From an uncultured Gemmatimonadaceae bacterium (lineage in GTDB: Bacteria; Gemmatimonadota; Gemmatimonadetes; Gemmatimonadales; Gemmatimonadaceae): DNA of 64,000 bases. The position numbers were made by a program, and so were the translations under genes. Below are positions 52,463 to 61,926 of this stretch, piece after piece (within the stretch, counting starts at the first letter, position 1; every line of letters begins with the position of its first letter). Below the pieces are notes generated by a model. That model searched no databases, had not been told where the DNA came from, and saw only the letters and a program-made list of their open reading frames with translations. The stretch lies in assembly GCA_963822945.1 (NCBI GenBank), contig CAWGJO010000006.1, forward strand, positions 10,712 to 74,711. The letters are read 5' to 3'.

Positions 52463-52673
52463 GCGAGGCGTGCCCGTGATCCAAGGTTGGGTCGCGTTTT
52501 ATTGTGTCTTCGGGCGGCTCCCCCAGATTGGCGCCTGAAGGTTCCTCGAGGCCGCTTGAGCGGAGAAACAGGCCGCGAGCGCATGCGGGGAATGGCCATC
52601 CGCGGAGGGTGATCTCGTTGACGTTGACCCAGAAGAGTGATCTGCCGCGCATTGAATCGCCGCTGGGACAATC

Positions 52674-53066
52674 ATGGGCACATTACTCGGCGTCGTGTTC
52701 GGTGGAATCACGGCGATCGGTGCTGCCCACGGTGATTCGACTATTCGTTCCGGCTTGGGCCCAGCGCAAAGTTTCGTGTTGTCACTCGCTGGGTGGACCT
52801 CCAGTGCGACTCTCATCGCTGAACTTTGGAAGCATGCCAGGAGTGAGCGTTCGGCCATTTGGGTGAGCATCGGCTCAGTCGTTCCGTTCGTGCTGACTTC
52901 GCTGATGATCGCGTCTCCCGGCTCCGAGTTTCTCTTGCCACTCGAGGTGGTCTCCTTCATCGTATGTGAAGCAATTGCCGGAGTCGTAGTCGGGGAACTC
53001 GGGTGGAAGTACTTCGGGCCACTGTCCAGCCACGATCAGGAGAACGCTTCCGAAATGCGCGAGTAG
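52674..53066 (+). CDS. Hypothetical membrane protein
   Basis: About 4 hydrophobic segments. Confidence 0.45.
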   Translation: MGTLLGVVFGGITAIGAAHGDSTIRSGLGPAQSFVLSLAGWTSSATLIAELWKHARSERSAIWVSIGSVVPFVLTSLMIASPGSEFLLPLEVVSFIVCEAIAGVVVGELGWKYFGPLSSHDQENASEMRE

Positions 53067-53179
53067 CGTCTTTTCGGGCGGATTGGTGCCTGAACATTTT
53101 CAGGCCACGCCCGCGGGGTGCCTCACATGGCCGAGTCATCGTTTGCGGGCTCCGGCTAACTCAGATAGGCGGACGTTGC

Positions 53180-53551
53180 ATGCCTCAATCCAAGAAGCGA
53201 ACTGGGCGTGGTGTTGACCCGCTGACGCTGCTTGCAGGCCTGGTCCTCGGGCTCGACTCTATCTTCGGGCTCCTCATCGCCGCAGGCACGGTCGATACCT
53301 ATCAGCCGGTTCAAGTCATGTGGGCACTCACTCTCGTGACCGGGTTCCCGATGTACTTGCTCGATCTTTGGCTCAATACGAGGTTGGCGGTTGCGTTGCT
53401 GGCACTCTTGATATTTCGCTCAATGGCGGCGTACCTCGTTGATCCCGGCATCGCCGCCAATTGGCGGCTCAGTGCGCTACTCTTCACCGGTTTCTTGCTG
53501 GTTCAGACCTCCCGGCTACTCCGACGGCCCCCCTCCGCCGGTGAGAGCTAA
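53180..53551 (+). CDS. Hypothetical membrane protein
   Basis: MPQSKKRTGRG followed by 4 hydrophobic segments. Confidence 0.55.
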   Translation: MPQSKKRTGRGVDPLTLLAGLVLGLDSIFGLLIAAGTVDTYQPVQVMWALTLVTGFPMYLLDLWLNTRLAVALLALLIFRSMAAYLVDPGIAANWRLSALLFTGFLLVQTSRLLRRPPSAGES

Positions 53552-53756
53552 TGTCACGAGTTGTCAGAGCTTGGAACTTACCCTCGCCCTGCGTGCCAGG
53601 TACTCAGAGTCTCAGCCGCCGAAGAACGGGCGCCTCAAGGTGAAAGTGGCAGTACGGTCAGACAGCCGTAGCCTTGCAAGTCTCCGATCCCCCCACGGCG
53701 CCAGCACATCCGCCTGAGACGCATCGCCCCCTCCGGCCCACTTCGATCCGCCACCC

Positions 53757-54056
53757 ATGATCGAGATCCTTCACACCCCCGACGCCGCGCACGCCGAAAT
53801 CGTTCGGCTTGCCCTCGAAGCCGCGGGGATCAAGGTCCGGTCGGTCGACGATACCTACGACCCGTACCTGCATCGCCACGTGCTGTCCGTGAGCGAGGCC
53901 GACGCCGCGCGGGCGGTCGACATCCGCCGCCGGATCGAGCGGCAGGACGCGGCCGACGCGCCGCGTCATCCGCCCCTACGCAAGTCCGTCGTGGCCGGGA
54001 TCGTCGCGTTCTGGATCGTGGTCTATCTGCTGCTTCGCTGGTTCGCGACGCGCTAG
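53757..54056 (+). CDS. DUF2007-like (putative signal-transducing) small protein with C-terminal TM
   Basis: AEIVRLALEAAGI..V.EADAARA. Confidence 0.65.
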   Translation: MIEILHTPDAAHAEIVRLALEAAGIKVRSVDDTYDPYLHRHVLSVSEADAARAVDIRRRIERQDAADAPRHPPLRKSVVAGIVAFWIVVYLLLRWFATR

Positions 54057-54069
54057 TCGCGGATCCCGG

Positions 54070-55188
54070 TCAGACCACCGCGACCTTCACGTTGTGAATG
54101 GGCGGCAGCGCGTCGAACACGCACTCCCATTCATCGCCCCCGTCGCGCCCGATCCAGAGCTGCCCCGTCGTGGTTCCGAAATACAACGCCGGCGACTGCA
54201 GTTCATCGATGTCCATCGCGTCGCGCTGGACGGTGAAGAAGGTGTCCTTCTTCGGCAGTCCCTTCGCGAGCCGCTTCCACGAGTCGCCGCCATTCTCGCT
54301 GCGCCATACGGCCGGCGCGCCGTCGGGACAGGTGCGCGTGGCGGGCGCGAGCGGCATTACATAGACGGTATCGGGATCGTGCGGATGGACGACCACCGGA
54401 AATCCGAAATCGGAGGGAAGCCCCTTCGCGATCGACCTCCACGTGCGGCCGTAATCGTCACTGCGCAGCACGCCGATGTCCGGCCGTCGACCGCCGGGCC
54501 CGTCCCACTCGCCCCAACCGCCGTGGTTCTGCATGTACAGGCGACCGGGTGCGTCCTTGTGCCCCACGATCTTGTGCACACACTGGCCGAACTCCGGGTA
54601 CGGATCCGGCGTGAATCCCGCTCCCACGCCCGAGTTCGACGGGTTGAACGTCTGCCCGCCGTCTTCGCTGACGTAGTGGCCGCCCGTCGAAATGCCGACG
54701 TGCATGCGGTTGCCGTCGCGCAGAATCGTGTGCAGGCAAAGCCCGCCCGCGCCGGGGTTCCATTTGCGCGCGTGCGGATGGTTGCTGATGCCCTCGACCA
54801 TCTGCCACGAGTCGCCGCTGTCGCGGCTGTGGAACAGCGCCGCCGGCTCGACGCCGCACCAGATCTCGTTCCTCGCCGCGCCGGGCTCGAGCGACCAGAT
54901 GTTGGCGAGCGCCCGGCCGTCATCCTTGGGGAACGCCGGCGCCGACTTCGTTTCCTTGAACGTCTTCCCGAGGTTGGTGGAGCGAAGGACCTTCATGCCG
55001 AAGAACGGATTGCAGCTCGAGGCGTAGATCCTGGGCGTGCCACGCGTGTCGATCATGCTCGAGTAGACGGCGACGCCGCTCGCAAACGGCCCGCGGAGCG
55101 CGAACCGCCGCCGGCCTTTCGCCGCTTCGGCAACGAACAGTCCCTTGCGGGTTCCGATGGTGAGGAGCACACGATCTGGCATCGTCAA
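54070..55188 (-). CDS. BNR/Asp-box beta-propeller (WD40/YVTN/sialidase-like) protein
   Basis: IGTRKGLF; repeated SxDxGxxW boxes (SRDSGDSW, SEDGGQTF, SDDYGRTW, SENGGDSW); GQCVHK and QNHGG. Confidence 0.88.
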   Translation of the reverse strand: MTMPDRVLLTIGTRKGLFVAEAAKGRRRFALRGPFASGVAVYSSMIDTRGTPRIYASSCNPFFGMKVLRSTNLGKTFKETKSAPAFPKDDGRALANIWSLEPGAARNEIWCGVEPAALFHSRDSGDSWQMVEGISNHPHARKWNPGAGGLCLHTILRDGNRMHVGISTGGHYVSEDGGQTFNPSNSGVGAGFTPDPYPEFGQCVHKIVGHKDAPGRLYMQNHGGWGEWDGPGGRRPDIGVLRSDDYGRTWRSIAKGLPSDFGFPVVVHPHDPDTVYVMPLAPATRTCPDGAPAVWRSENGGDSWKRLAKGLPKKDTFFTVQRDAMDIDELQSPALYFGTTTGQLWIGRDGGDEWECVFDALPPIHNVKVAVV

Positions 55189-55472
55189 CCTCCAGAGACG
55201 GCGGGAAGGATGATCACGACGTCGCCGGCGGCGAGGGCGGAATCGAGGCCGTCGAGATCGCGCATGTGCAATTCGTTGACGAAGATGTTGATGTGGCGGC
55301 GAACGGCGCCCGTCTCGTCGCAGACGTTGACGTAGAGCATGGGGTGCACGCGCTCGATCTCCTCGAGGACGGCGCGTACCGTTCCCCCGGAGACCTCGAG
55401 CGTGCGCGCGTTGCCGCAGTAGGTGCGCAGCAATTCCGGAACGAAGACTTCGACACCGAGCGTTGTGGGCAT
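55185..55472 (-). CDS. MoaD/ThiS family ubiquitin-like protein
   Basis: RRHINIFVN..GDVVIILPAVSGG C-terminus. Confidence 0.92.
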   Translation of the reverse strand: MPTTLGVEVFVPELLRTYCGNARTLEVSGGTVRAVLEEIERVHPMLYVNVCDETGAVRRHINIFVNELHMRDLDGLDSALAAGDVVIILPAVSGG

Positions 55473-55575
55473 ATGATTCGCCAATCTAGTGCGCTCCTGC
55501 CGGCCGGCGGAATAGGCGAGCAAGCGGCACCCGTAGATTGGCCCCTGAACCTTTCGTGGACGGGAGAGTTCTGCG

Positions 55576-56007
55576 ATGAAAACGCTGTCCCTGCTGGGCT
55601 ACCTGCTCATGGCGAGCGGCATCCTCGGTCTTGTCGCGATGGGCGCGCTGTTCGCGCACGCGCCGGTGGCCATCGGCGTGCAGGCCATCGCCGTCGTCCT
55701 CATGATCTCTGCCCGTATCACGTTCGGCCTGCGGAGCTTTCACGCCACAGCGAATCCGACGAAGGGGCGCCTCGTGACGTCCGGTCCGTACCGGTTCATT
55801 CGCCATCCGATCTACACCGCGCTGGTGCTCTTCGCCTTCGCCGGGGCGTCAGCGCACCTCGCGCCGCCAGTCGTCGGTCTTGCGCTGCTCGTGCTGGTGG
55901 GAGCCGCGATTCGGATGCATCTGGAAGAGCGGTATCTCACGGCGGGGTATCCCGAGTACGCGGCGTACGCAGCGCGCACCAGGCGGATGATTCCATTCCT
56001 CTTCTAG
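55576..56007 (+). CDS. Isoprenylcysteine carboxylmethyltransferase (ICMT/PEMT) family protein
   Basis: LVTSGPYRFIRHPIY, EERYL and YAAY..RT.RMIP. Confidence 0.9.
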   Translation: MKTLSLLGYLLMASGILGLVAMGALFAHAPVAIGVQAIAVVLMISARITFGLRSFHATANPTKGRLVTSGPYRFIRHPIYTALVLFAFAGASAHLAPPVVGLALLVLVGAAIRMHLEERYLTAGYPEYAAYAARTRRMIPFLF

Positions 56008-56085
56008 CCACGGTTCGTGCCGTGATGCACGCGGAAGTGAGTGGGGACGAACGTGCCGGAGTTGGTCCAGCGCCCGGAAGCCGAT

Positions 56086-56805
56086 TCATCCGGCGCCTGC
56101 CTCGGCCAGGATCCGCCCCACGCCCCCGTTCTCCGGCGTCACGTTCGACCAGGAGGCCAGCTTTCCGTCGCGCACGACCACGGTCGCCGACTCGGGCGGC
56201 AGCGCGATCGACTTGTTGGTCGGCTTGAGATCGCGGATTCCCAGCGCGGGAATGGCGAGCGTGCCCGTGTGACGCATGGTCAGCGATACGTCGAAGCGCA
56301 CCGTGCCGCCGGCGTCGGTGAAATTCGTCGCGTTGAAGCGAAGGTCCGGCATGGCCGCGTGAAGCCCCTGATGAACGCCGAGCCAGGCGTCGGGGCCGAT
56401 GGGCTGGGGGACGGGTCCGCTGAACTGGAAATCGTCGCGCAGGAGCGCCCGGGCGGCGGTGAAGTCTCCCCCTTCGATCGCGCCGATGACCTGCTTCACC
56501 ACGCCTGCGGCGCCCCCCACGCCCACCATGGCGTAGACCTCGAACTTTTCGATGGAGGCGGGAGACGGGCGCGCGTGCTTGCTGGCGGCGACCCGCTTCT
56601 GGACCTCGGCCATCGCCGTCGAGGCCGCGGCCTCAGACTCCCATACCATGATCGAGAGGCGCGTGCCCTTCTCGCGGTTGGCGAGCCAGAGGCCGGTGAG
56701 GCCCGCCGCGTGCTCCAGGGCGGGAATGACGTCGTCGAGGACGTGGGCGATCCCGGCATCCACTTGGTCCGGGTTTTCCTGGAAGGTCACGATCTGGGCG
56801 TACAT
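56086..56805 (-). CDS. ABM-like dimeric barrel domain fused to a SnoaL/ester-cyclase domain
   Basis: N-terminal MYAQIVTF..IP.LE..G..G..WESE; C-terminal AAMPDLRF..HTGTL..PTNKSI. Confidence 0.65.
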   Translation of the reverse strand: MYAQIVTFQENPDQVDAGIAHVLDDVIPALEHAAGLTGLWLANREKGTRLSIMVWESEAAASTAMAEVQKRVAASKHARPSPASIEKFEVYAMVGVGGAAGVVKQVIGAIEGGDFTAARALLRDDFQFSGPVPQPIGPDAWLGVHQGLHAAMPDLRFNATNFTDAGGTVRFDVSLTMRHTGTLAIPALGIRDLKPTNKSIALPPESATVVVRDGKLASWSNVTPENGGVGRILAEAGAG

Positions 56806-56827
56806 AACGGTTCCTCAAGGGTTGAAG

Positions 56828-56844
56828 TTTCCTTTCGAAGGAAA
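56828..56844. promoter_or_regulatory. Putative MarR operator
   Basis: TTTCCTT-TCG-AAGGAAA palindrome in the short gap between divergent genes. Confidence 0.55.
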
Positions 56845-56857
56845 GTATATTGTCCCC

Positions 56858-57361
56858 ATGCCCAAACACGCAAGAGGAACACCCGAGTATCTCCGCCCCG
56901 ACGAGTTCGAGGCCTGGCACGGAACCCTGCTGGCCGCCAACCGCGTGCTCCGAGCGCTGGACCAGGGGCTGCGGGCCCAGCACGGCCTCTCCGTGGCGGA
57001 ATTCGACGTGCTCATCACCCTGGCCAATGCGCCCGACCGCCGGCTCCGGATGGCGGAGCTGGCACGCTCGGCGGCCCTGAGTCCGGCCGGTCTCACCCAC
57101 CTGGTGACCCGGCTCGAGCGCGAGCGGCTCGTGGCCCGCGAAGTCGACGCGGGCGACCGCCGGGGCTTTCACGCCGTGCTCACCGAGACCGGTGAGGCGC
57201 GCCTCAATGCCATGCGGCCGCTCCACAACCGCATCGTCCGCGAGCAACTCCTCAGCCGTATGAGCACCGCCGACCGGCGGCGGCTTGGTGCCATCTGGAA
57301 GCGCGTCAGGGCAGACGCAGTGAAGCCACGGCGAACCGCCGCGGACCAGACGCCGGACTAG
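56858..57361 (+). CDS. MarR family regulator
   Basis: HGLSVAEFDVL, LRMAELA, LVTRLE and DRRGFHAVLTETG. Confidence 0.9.
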   Translation: MPKHARGTPEYLRPDEFEAWHGTLLAANRVLRALDQGLRAQHGLSVAEFDVLITLANAPDRRLRMAELARSAALSPAGLTHLVTRLERERLVAREVDAGDRRGFHAVLTETGEARLNAMRPLHNRIVREQLLSRMSTADRRRLGAIWKRVRADAVKPRRTAADQTPD

Positions 57362-57404
57362 GAATCGAGAACACCCGGGTTCGGAATTCCGCCTCCAGGC
57401 CTGG

Positions 57405-58238
57405 TCACGCCGGCACCGCGCGACCCACCCGACGGCCGGCCGGGGCCTCGAGGCACGCGTCCAGCGCCGGGAATACGTCGTGCAGGATGTGCGTGTGCAA
57501 TGCCGTGAGGTAGCCGGTCACGGACCCGCCGTAGGCGGGCGGGCCGTCGGCGAAGGTGACCTCGGGGCTCAGCTGTCCGGACGCGCGCAGACCCTCACGC
57601 CGCGCCGGGGGGATCTTCCGGCCGGACGCATCCTTGACGTCCAACACGGCGATCTCGGCGCCGGCGACGAGCCGGCCCCGCCAGCCGGTGACCCGGGACC
57701 CGGGCGGCAGCCCCGGGCCTTCGACGGCGACACCCGCGCTGCTCGGCGCCTCGGCGAACAGCGCGATGTGCCGGTGCCTGTCGACGTGCGCCAGATCGCG
57801 CAGCACCGAGAGCGGGTGCCCGTATCTGACCGTCATCCGATGGTACGGCTGGAGGGCCTCGATGGCCGCCGTTGCGGCCGGGCTCAGGTGGCGCAGCCGC
57901 CGGATGGCGTCCGCGGGCCACGCCGCGGCGTCGTCGACGATCACGAATCGGATCTGCTCCGCCTCGTCGTCCGACGGCGACCGCCCGAGGTGCTTCGCCG
58001 CGAGGGCGTACGCCAGACTGTCCAGCGCGCCGCGCGTATTGTGGAGGATGTCCCCGATTCTGAGACTCCAGTCCCGGGGGAATGGCTTGGGCGCCCGAAG
58101 CGCCGCCATGTAGTGCTGTCGTTTCTCGTCGAAGCGCACGGTGAGTTCGTACGGCGTTGCCGCCATGAAACGGCTCATGTCGGCCTGGAGCGCCTCGAGG
58201 TGCTTGCGCGCCCAGCGTAGCTTGGCGTGATGATCCAT
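57405..58238 (-). CDS. Hypothetical protein
   Basis: AKLRWARKHL, IGDILHNTRGALD, IEALQPY and LRDLAHVDRHR. Confidence 0.7.
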   Translation of the reverse strand: MDHHAKLRWARKHLEALQADMSRFMAATPYELTVRFDEKRQHYMAALRAPKPFPRDWSLRIGDILHNTRGALDSLAYALAAKHLGRSPSDDEAEQIRFVIVDDAAAWPADAIRRLRHLSPAATAAIEALQPYHRMTVRYGHPLSVLRDLAHVDRHRHIALFAEAPSSAGVAVEGPGLPPGSRVTGWRGRLVAGAEIAVLDVKDASGRKIPPARREGLRASGQLSPEVTFADGPPAYGGSVTGYLTALHTHILHDVFPALDACLEAPAGRRVGRAVPA

Positions 58239-58963
58239 CGTTCGGTGCGCGGACTGTTGGCTGGTCCGGCCCATCGGCCGGAAGGGGGGCGGCCTCGCCT
58301 GGGCTGAAAGCTGGGGGGGGCGGCAGGCGGCCGCCGTGGTGGGGGTCACCAAGCGCCCCAACGGTCTGGCGAGTCCGGATGCGGCCGGCCGCGTGAGGAC
58401 ATACTTTCGGCGGGCCCGCCTCTCCCACCTCCCTCGTGCCCCCGGTACCGTCGAAATGCGACCTGCCCACGCTACCGCCTCTGATCGTTCGCCTGCGCTT
58501 CGCTGTGGGCACCACGTCGGGCGGCGTCTTCCGTAGCCGCAACAACCTTGTGGTCTGGGGCCCGGTGTTCGACGCGTACGGCACCGCGCTCTCCATACTG
58601 GGCTCGCGGCCAGACTTGCGGGTCGCGTCCACTGGTGCGAAAACTAGGGTTCTGGGTGCTCCGAGCGCGACCAAGGGGCCGCCGCTCGAACGATCGCTGC
58701 GCACCAGGGGCATCTGCTCCCCTGCGCTTTCGAACAAACGAAGCATTAGGGAAGACGGTACGCGATATGGCTGAGCGCAATTTCCTGGCGAAGGAACGAT
58801 TCGTTGAAGCCATCGAGTCGTTTATTTCGATCGTCTGTCCTCGCGCGATACGCGACACGCTGGCGTTCTTGGCCGCGGCGTGGTCCGACCCTCCAGTCTC
58901 TCTGATGCTTTCTGCGCGGGCTGTCGACCCCGGCGAAACTATCACTCCGTCATAGGAGCTTGC

Positions 58964-59806
58964 ATGCGCGCTCCCTTCATTCTCGGCGCCGCGCTGGCGG
59001 TCATCCCCCTAGCCGTGTGCGCGGCCCCCACACGCCCCGTTCAGCCGCCGTCAACGATGGTCTGGCGCGCGCACGAACCGGCCGGCATGACGCCGCTTAT
59101 CGATAGCCCATTCGATTCGGTCGCGATCACGGACGAAGAGACAGTGGAAGGGTGGACCTTCAACGGTGTAGGCTCGCTTAGAAGGACATCCGACGCGACC
59201 GCACCAGTGTCGCCGCCGTCAGTCAGCCAGTTCATCTTCTCAGGGTCGCTATCGTACGGGAGCGGGCCGGCTACGCTCGCCTATCGACTGCCTCCAGGGT
59301 ATACCAAGCTCTATCTCACCTTTGCCGTCAGACTGTCCTCCAATTTTTTCGGGCCGGGCCATCAGAAGCTGTTCTACATTTATGGTGCAGGCAATTCTCC
59401 GCTCCCAGCCGCAGTAGTAGAGTTCAGCGTGCCACAGCGCACGACGGGCCCAGTCTACCCGTTTGTTGAAACCGAAAACACCGGGGGTGCGGACCGCGAC
59501 TACTGGCCGAGGAGTGTGGCCGACATCGGGTCACGGGGCAAGTGGCACGAGTACGAGGTGTACATCGCGCTCAACGACCCCGGTTTCGCCAACGGAACGC
59601 TGAAGTTCTGGTTGGACGGAGTCGAGCAATCCAACTCCGGTGCGACGCCGGACGGGTCTTCCTTGCAACTCATTCCGGTCGGTGGCACGAAGCAGGTGGT
59701 GGAGGTCGACTTCAGTCCGACCTATGGCGGTGGCGGCACGCCGATGTCGCCACCGGCCACGCAGTACATATATCTCGACCACGTCTACATCAGTGTGTCC
59801 AAGTGA
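58964..59806 (+). CDS. Secreted beta-sandwich protein (polysaccharide-lyase/LamG-like)
   Basis: Signal peptide; GKWHEYEVY..N..G..NGTLKFWLDG and YIYLDHVYIS; AGGAG RBS. Confidence 0.6.
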   Translation: MRAPFILGAALAVIPLAVCAAPTRPVQPPSTMVWRAHEPAGMTPLIDSPFDSVAITDEETVEGWTFNGVGSLRRTSDATAPVSPPSVSQFIFSGSLSYGSGPATLAYRLPPGYTKLYLTFAVRLSSNFFGPGHQKLFYIYGAGNSPLPAAVVEFSVPQRTTGPVYPFVETENTGGADRDYWPRSVADIGSRGKWHEYEVYIALNDPGFANGTLKFWLDGVEQSNSGATPDGSSLQLIPVGGTKQVVEVDFSPTYGGGGTPMSPPATQYIYLDHVYISVSK

Positions 59807-59898
59807 TGGCGCGGCGCTTTCCGGCCGGTGGCCCACGGCCCAAGCGTACGGTGGTGAGTAGTCACGGGCTCGGTGGATACCACCAAAACGTACATTCG

Positions 59899-60607
59899 TC
59901 AGTCGGGTTCGATTTCCTTGAGCACCTTGGCCGGGGAGCCTCCCGCCAGGGTGTACGGCGGCACATCTCGGGTGACGATCGAGCCGGCCGCGATCACGGA
60001 ATGGTCGCCGATCGTCACTCCGCGCATGACGATCGATCTGGTGCCGAGCCATACGTTCTTCCCAATCACAACCGGGGCCGATTCCTCGAGCGTGAACGAA
60101 TCGTGACGCAATCGGCGAGACGGGGAGAGCGGGATGGCTGATGTTGTCGTAGATCTGGACCCCGCCCGCCACCATCGTGTCGTCGCCAATCCGGACACTG
60201 CGGGCCACACTGATCATGTTTTGAAAGTTGAGGCTGACCCGATCGCCGATGATCAACTCTGCTCCCTGCGATACCTTGAATCCCACGACCCAGGTGCACC
60301 GGCCACCAATAGAAGCGTCATCCCCAAGCTCGATCCGGCCGTCCCCGAAGATCTGCGGCATGGCACCTTCCAGATGCAGGCGCTCACCTACACGGGCGCA
60401 GCGGTAGCGTAACAACGGCTCGCGATAGAACTTCTGGGCCAGCAGGGGCAGGAAGATGGCTCGCGCGTTTCGTTCGGCGTAGAGCAGCGCTGCCAGCGGG
60501 CGGAACACGGGGACGCGGAAGCCCAGCATCTTGCGCCAGGCCGGCCGAGCGTAGCGCAAGACCCCACGTCCCTGCCGGGCCGCGGTCATCAGGTCGTCCC
60601 AGGTCAT
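59899..60607 (-). CDS. Hexapeptide-repeat O-acyltransferase; frameshift ~60130
   Basis: IIGDRV, IGDDTMV, PVVIGKNVWLG and VTRDVPPYTLAGGSPAK. Confidence 0.9.
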
Positions 60608-61926
60608 TGCAAACCCTCCAGTGCTTCGACGAGCTTAGCCATCTGACGGTCTGTCGTCCATTCTTCCAGGATGGGCCCGCCCGCCGGCGTCCCGCGGGCT
60701 TCCAGCAATGCCTCCAGCGCCGTCGCCACGGCGGCCGGATCTTCGTCTGCCACCACCTGATGCCCGCCTGCTTGCCGCAGCATGAGTGCGCTCTCGCCCT
60801 CGTCGTCCGCCAGGGCCAACACCGGCACGCGGGTGCCAAGGTACTCATACAACTTGTTCGGAACCTGGTCGGGCTGGCGCATGGCGAGCAACAGCAGGGC
60901 GTCGGCTTCGGTGATCAGCCGCTGGCATTCCGCGTGGGGAATCCAATCGTGGAAGCGCACGAGGTCCGTCAAGCCTCGACGCTCCACCTCCTGTTCGACG
61001 GAAATGCCGTGGAACCACTTGCACTGTCCGACCAAGTCGACTTGCAGCTGGTCCGCTGTAAGCCCCCGTCGGTTGCGCAACATGGCCAGTCCCGCGAGGA
61101 ACGGTCTGGGGTCGCGGCCGTAATAGAAGGTCCCCACGTGGATGATTCGAAAGGGTCCGCGCGCGCTTTGGCCGCGACGGCGGAAGCAGCGTATCGATGC
61201 CGTTCCGAACGAGCAGAAGCCGCGTGTCGGCTCGTTCGACCTTTCGGCGAAACATGCGATGGATCCCGTCCGAGACGGCGACGACGAGATTCGCGCGGCG
61301 CAGCGTGCGGCGCTCGAAGCGCCGCTCGAGGCGCGTCGGTGAGTGCCGTGCGCACATGCCAGGTTTCCAGGCGTTGTCCGTCCATGGGTCGCGAAATTCA
61401 GCGACCCAGAAGGTCTTTGCCGAGGCCAAGTCGAAGGCCCACCAGATGCATCGAGAAGGGCGGCGCCGTCGTGTACACGATGTCGCCACGCCGGAGCAGT
61501 GATCGAGCCGCCCGCACGGCGGGACCGATGAATCCCTGACGGTCGTCCGGGAGCCAGAGCAGGGAGAAGATGGCGCGCTTCCAGAACGGGACCCGCGTCG
61601 GAACCGTGTACCCGCCCGCCTCGCTTGCCGGCTCGGCGGCCGGTGCGTCGGGCTTGCGTGGGGCGCAAGCGCCGCTTGAGCGAAGCGTACCATTGACGAG
61701 GATTCCAGCCGAGCGGAACGGTGATGATTCGAACCCCGTCCGCATTCGGCCGATCCTCGTTACCTTCATCCGGCAGCCGGCAGGTGACCACGATCACATC
61801 GAATCCGGCGCGCTGCAGAGCGCGTGCGACCTTGGCCGCACGAAAACCGCCGACCTCTGGGCTCGGCGGGTAGTAGTACGACAGCAGAACAACTCTTCGG
61901 CGGGCGGCGGGTTCAGCCACTGCCAT
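60604..61926 (-). CDS. Glycosyltransferase family 4; several frameshifts
   Basis: LSYYYPP..VGGFR, YTTAPPFS.H, WVAEFRDPW and VPNKLYEYL. Confidence 0.88.
   Translation of the reverse strand: MAVAEPAARRRVVLLSYYYPPSPEVGGFRAAKVARALQRAGFDVIVVTCRLPDEGNEDRPNADGVRIITVPLGWNPRQWYASLKRRLRPTQARRTGRRAGKRGGRVHGSDAGPVLEARHLLPALAPGRPSGIHRSRRAGGSITAPAWRHRVHDGAALLDASGGPSTWPRQRPSGSLNFATHGRTTPGNLACAHGTHRRASSGASSAARCAARISSSPSRTGSIACFAERSNEPTRGFCSFGTASIRCFRRRGQSARGPFRIIHVGTFYYGRDPRPFLAGLAMLRNRRGLTADQLQVDLVGQCKWFHGISVEQEVERRGLTDLVRFHDWIPHAECQRLITEADALLLLAMRQPDQVPNKLYEYLGTRVPVLALADDEGESALMLRQAGGHQVVADEDPAAVATALEALLEARGTPAGGPILEEWTTDRQMAKLVEALEGLQ

Noticed and set aside
51780..53750. Integron cassette array
   Set aside because: No repeated RYYYAAC..GTTRRRY attC structures were found by eye, and the nearby integrase is a tRNA-targeting type.
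58260..58950. Riboswitch or ncRNA in the long intergenic region
   Set aside because: Only generic GC-rich hairpins are present; I could not match c-di-GMP, cobalamin, TPP or SAM consensus motifs.
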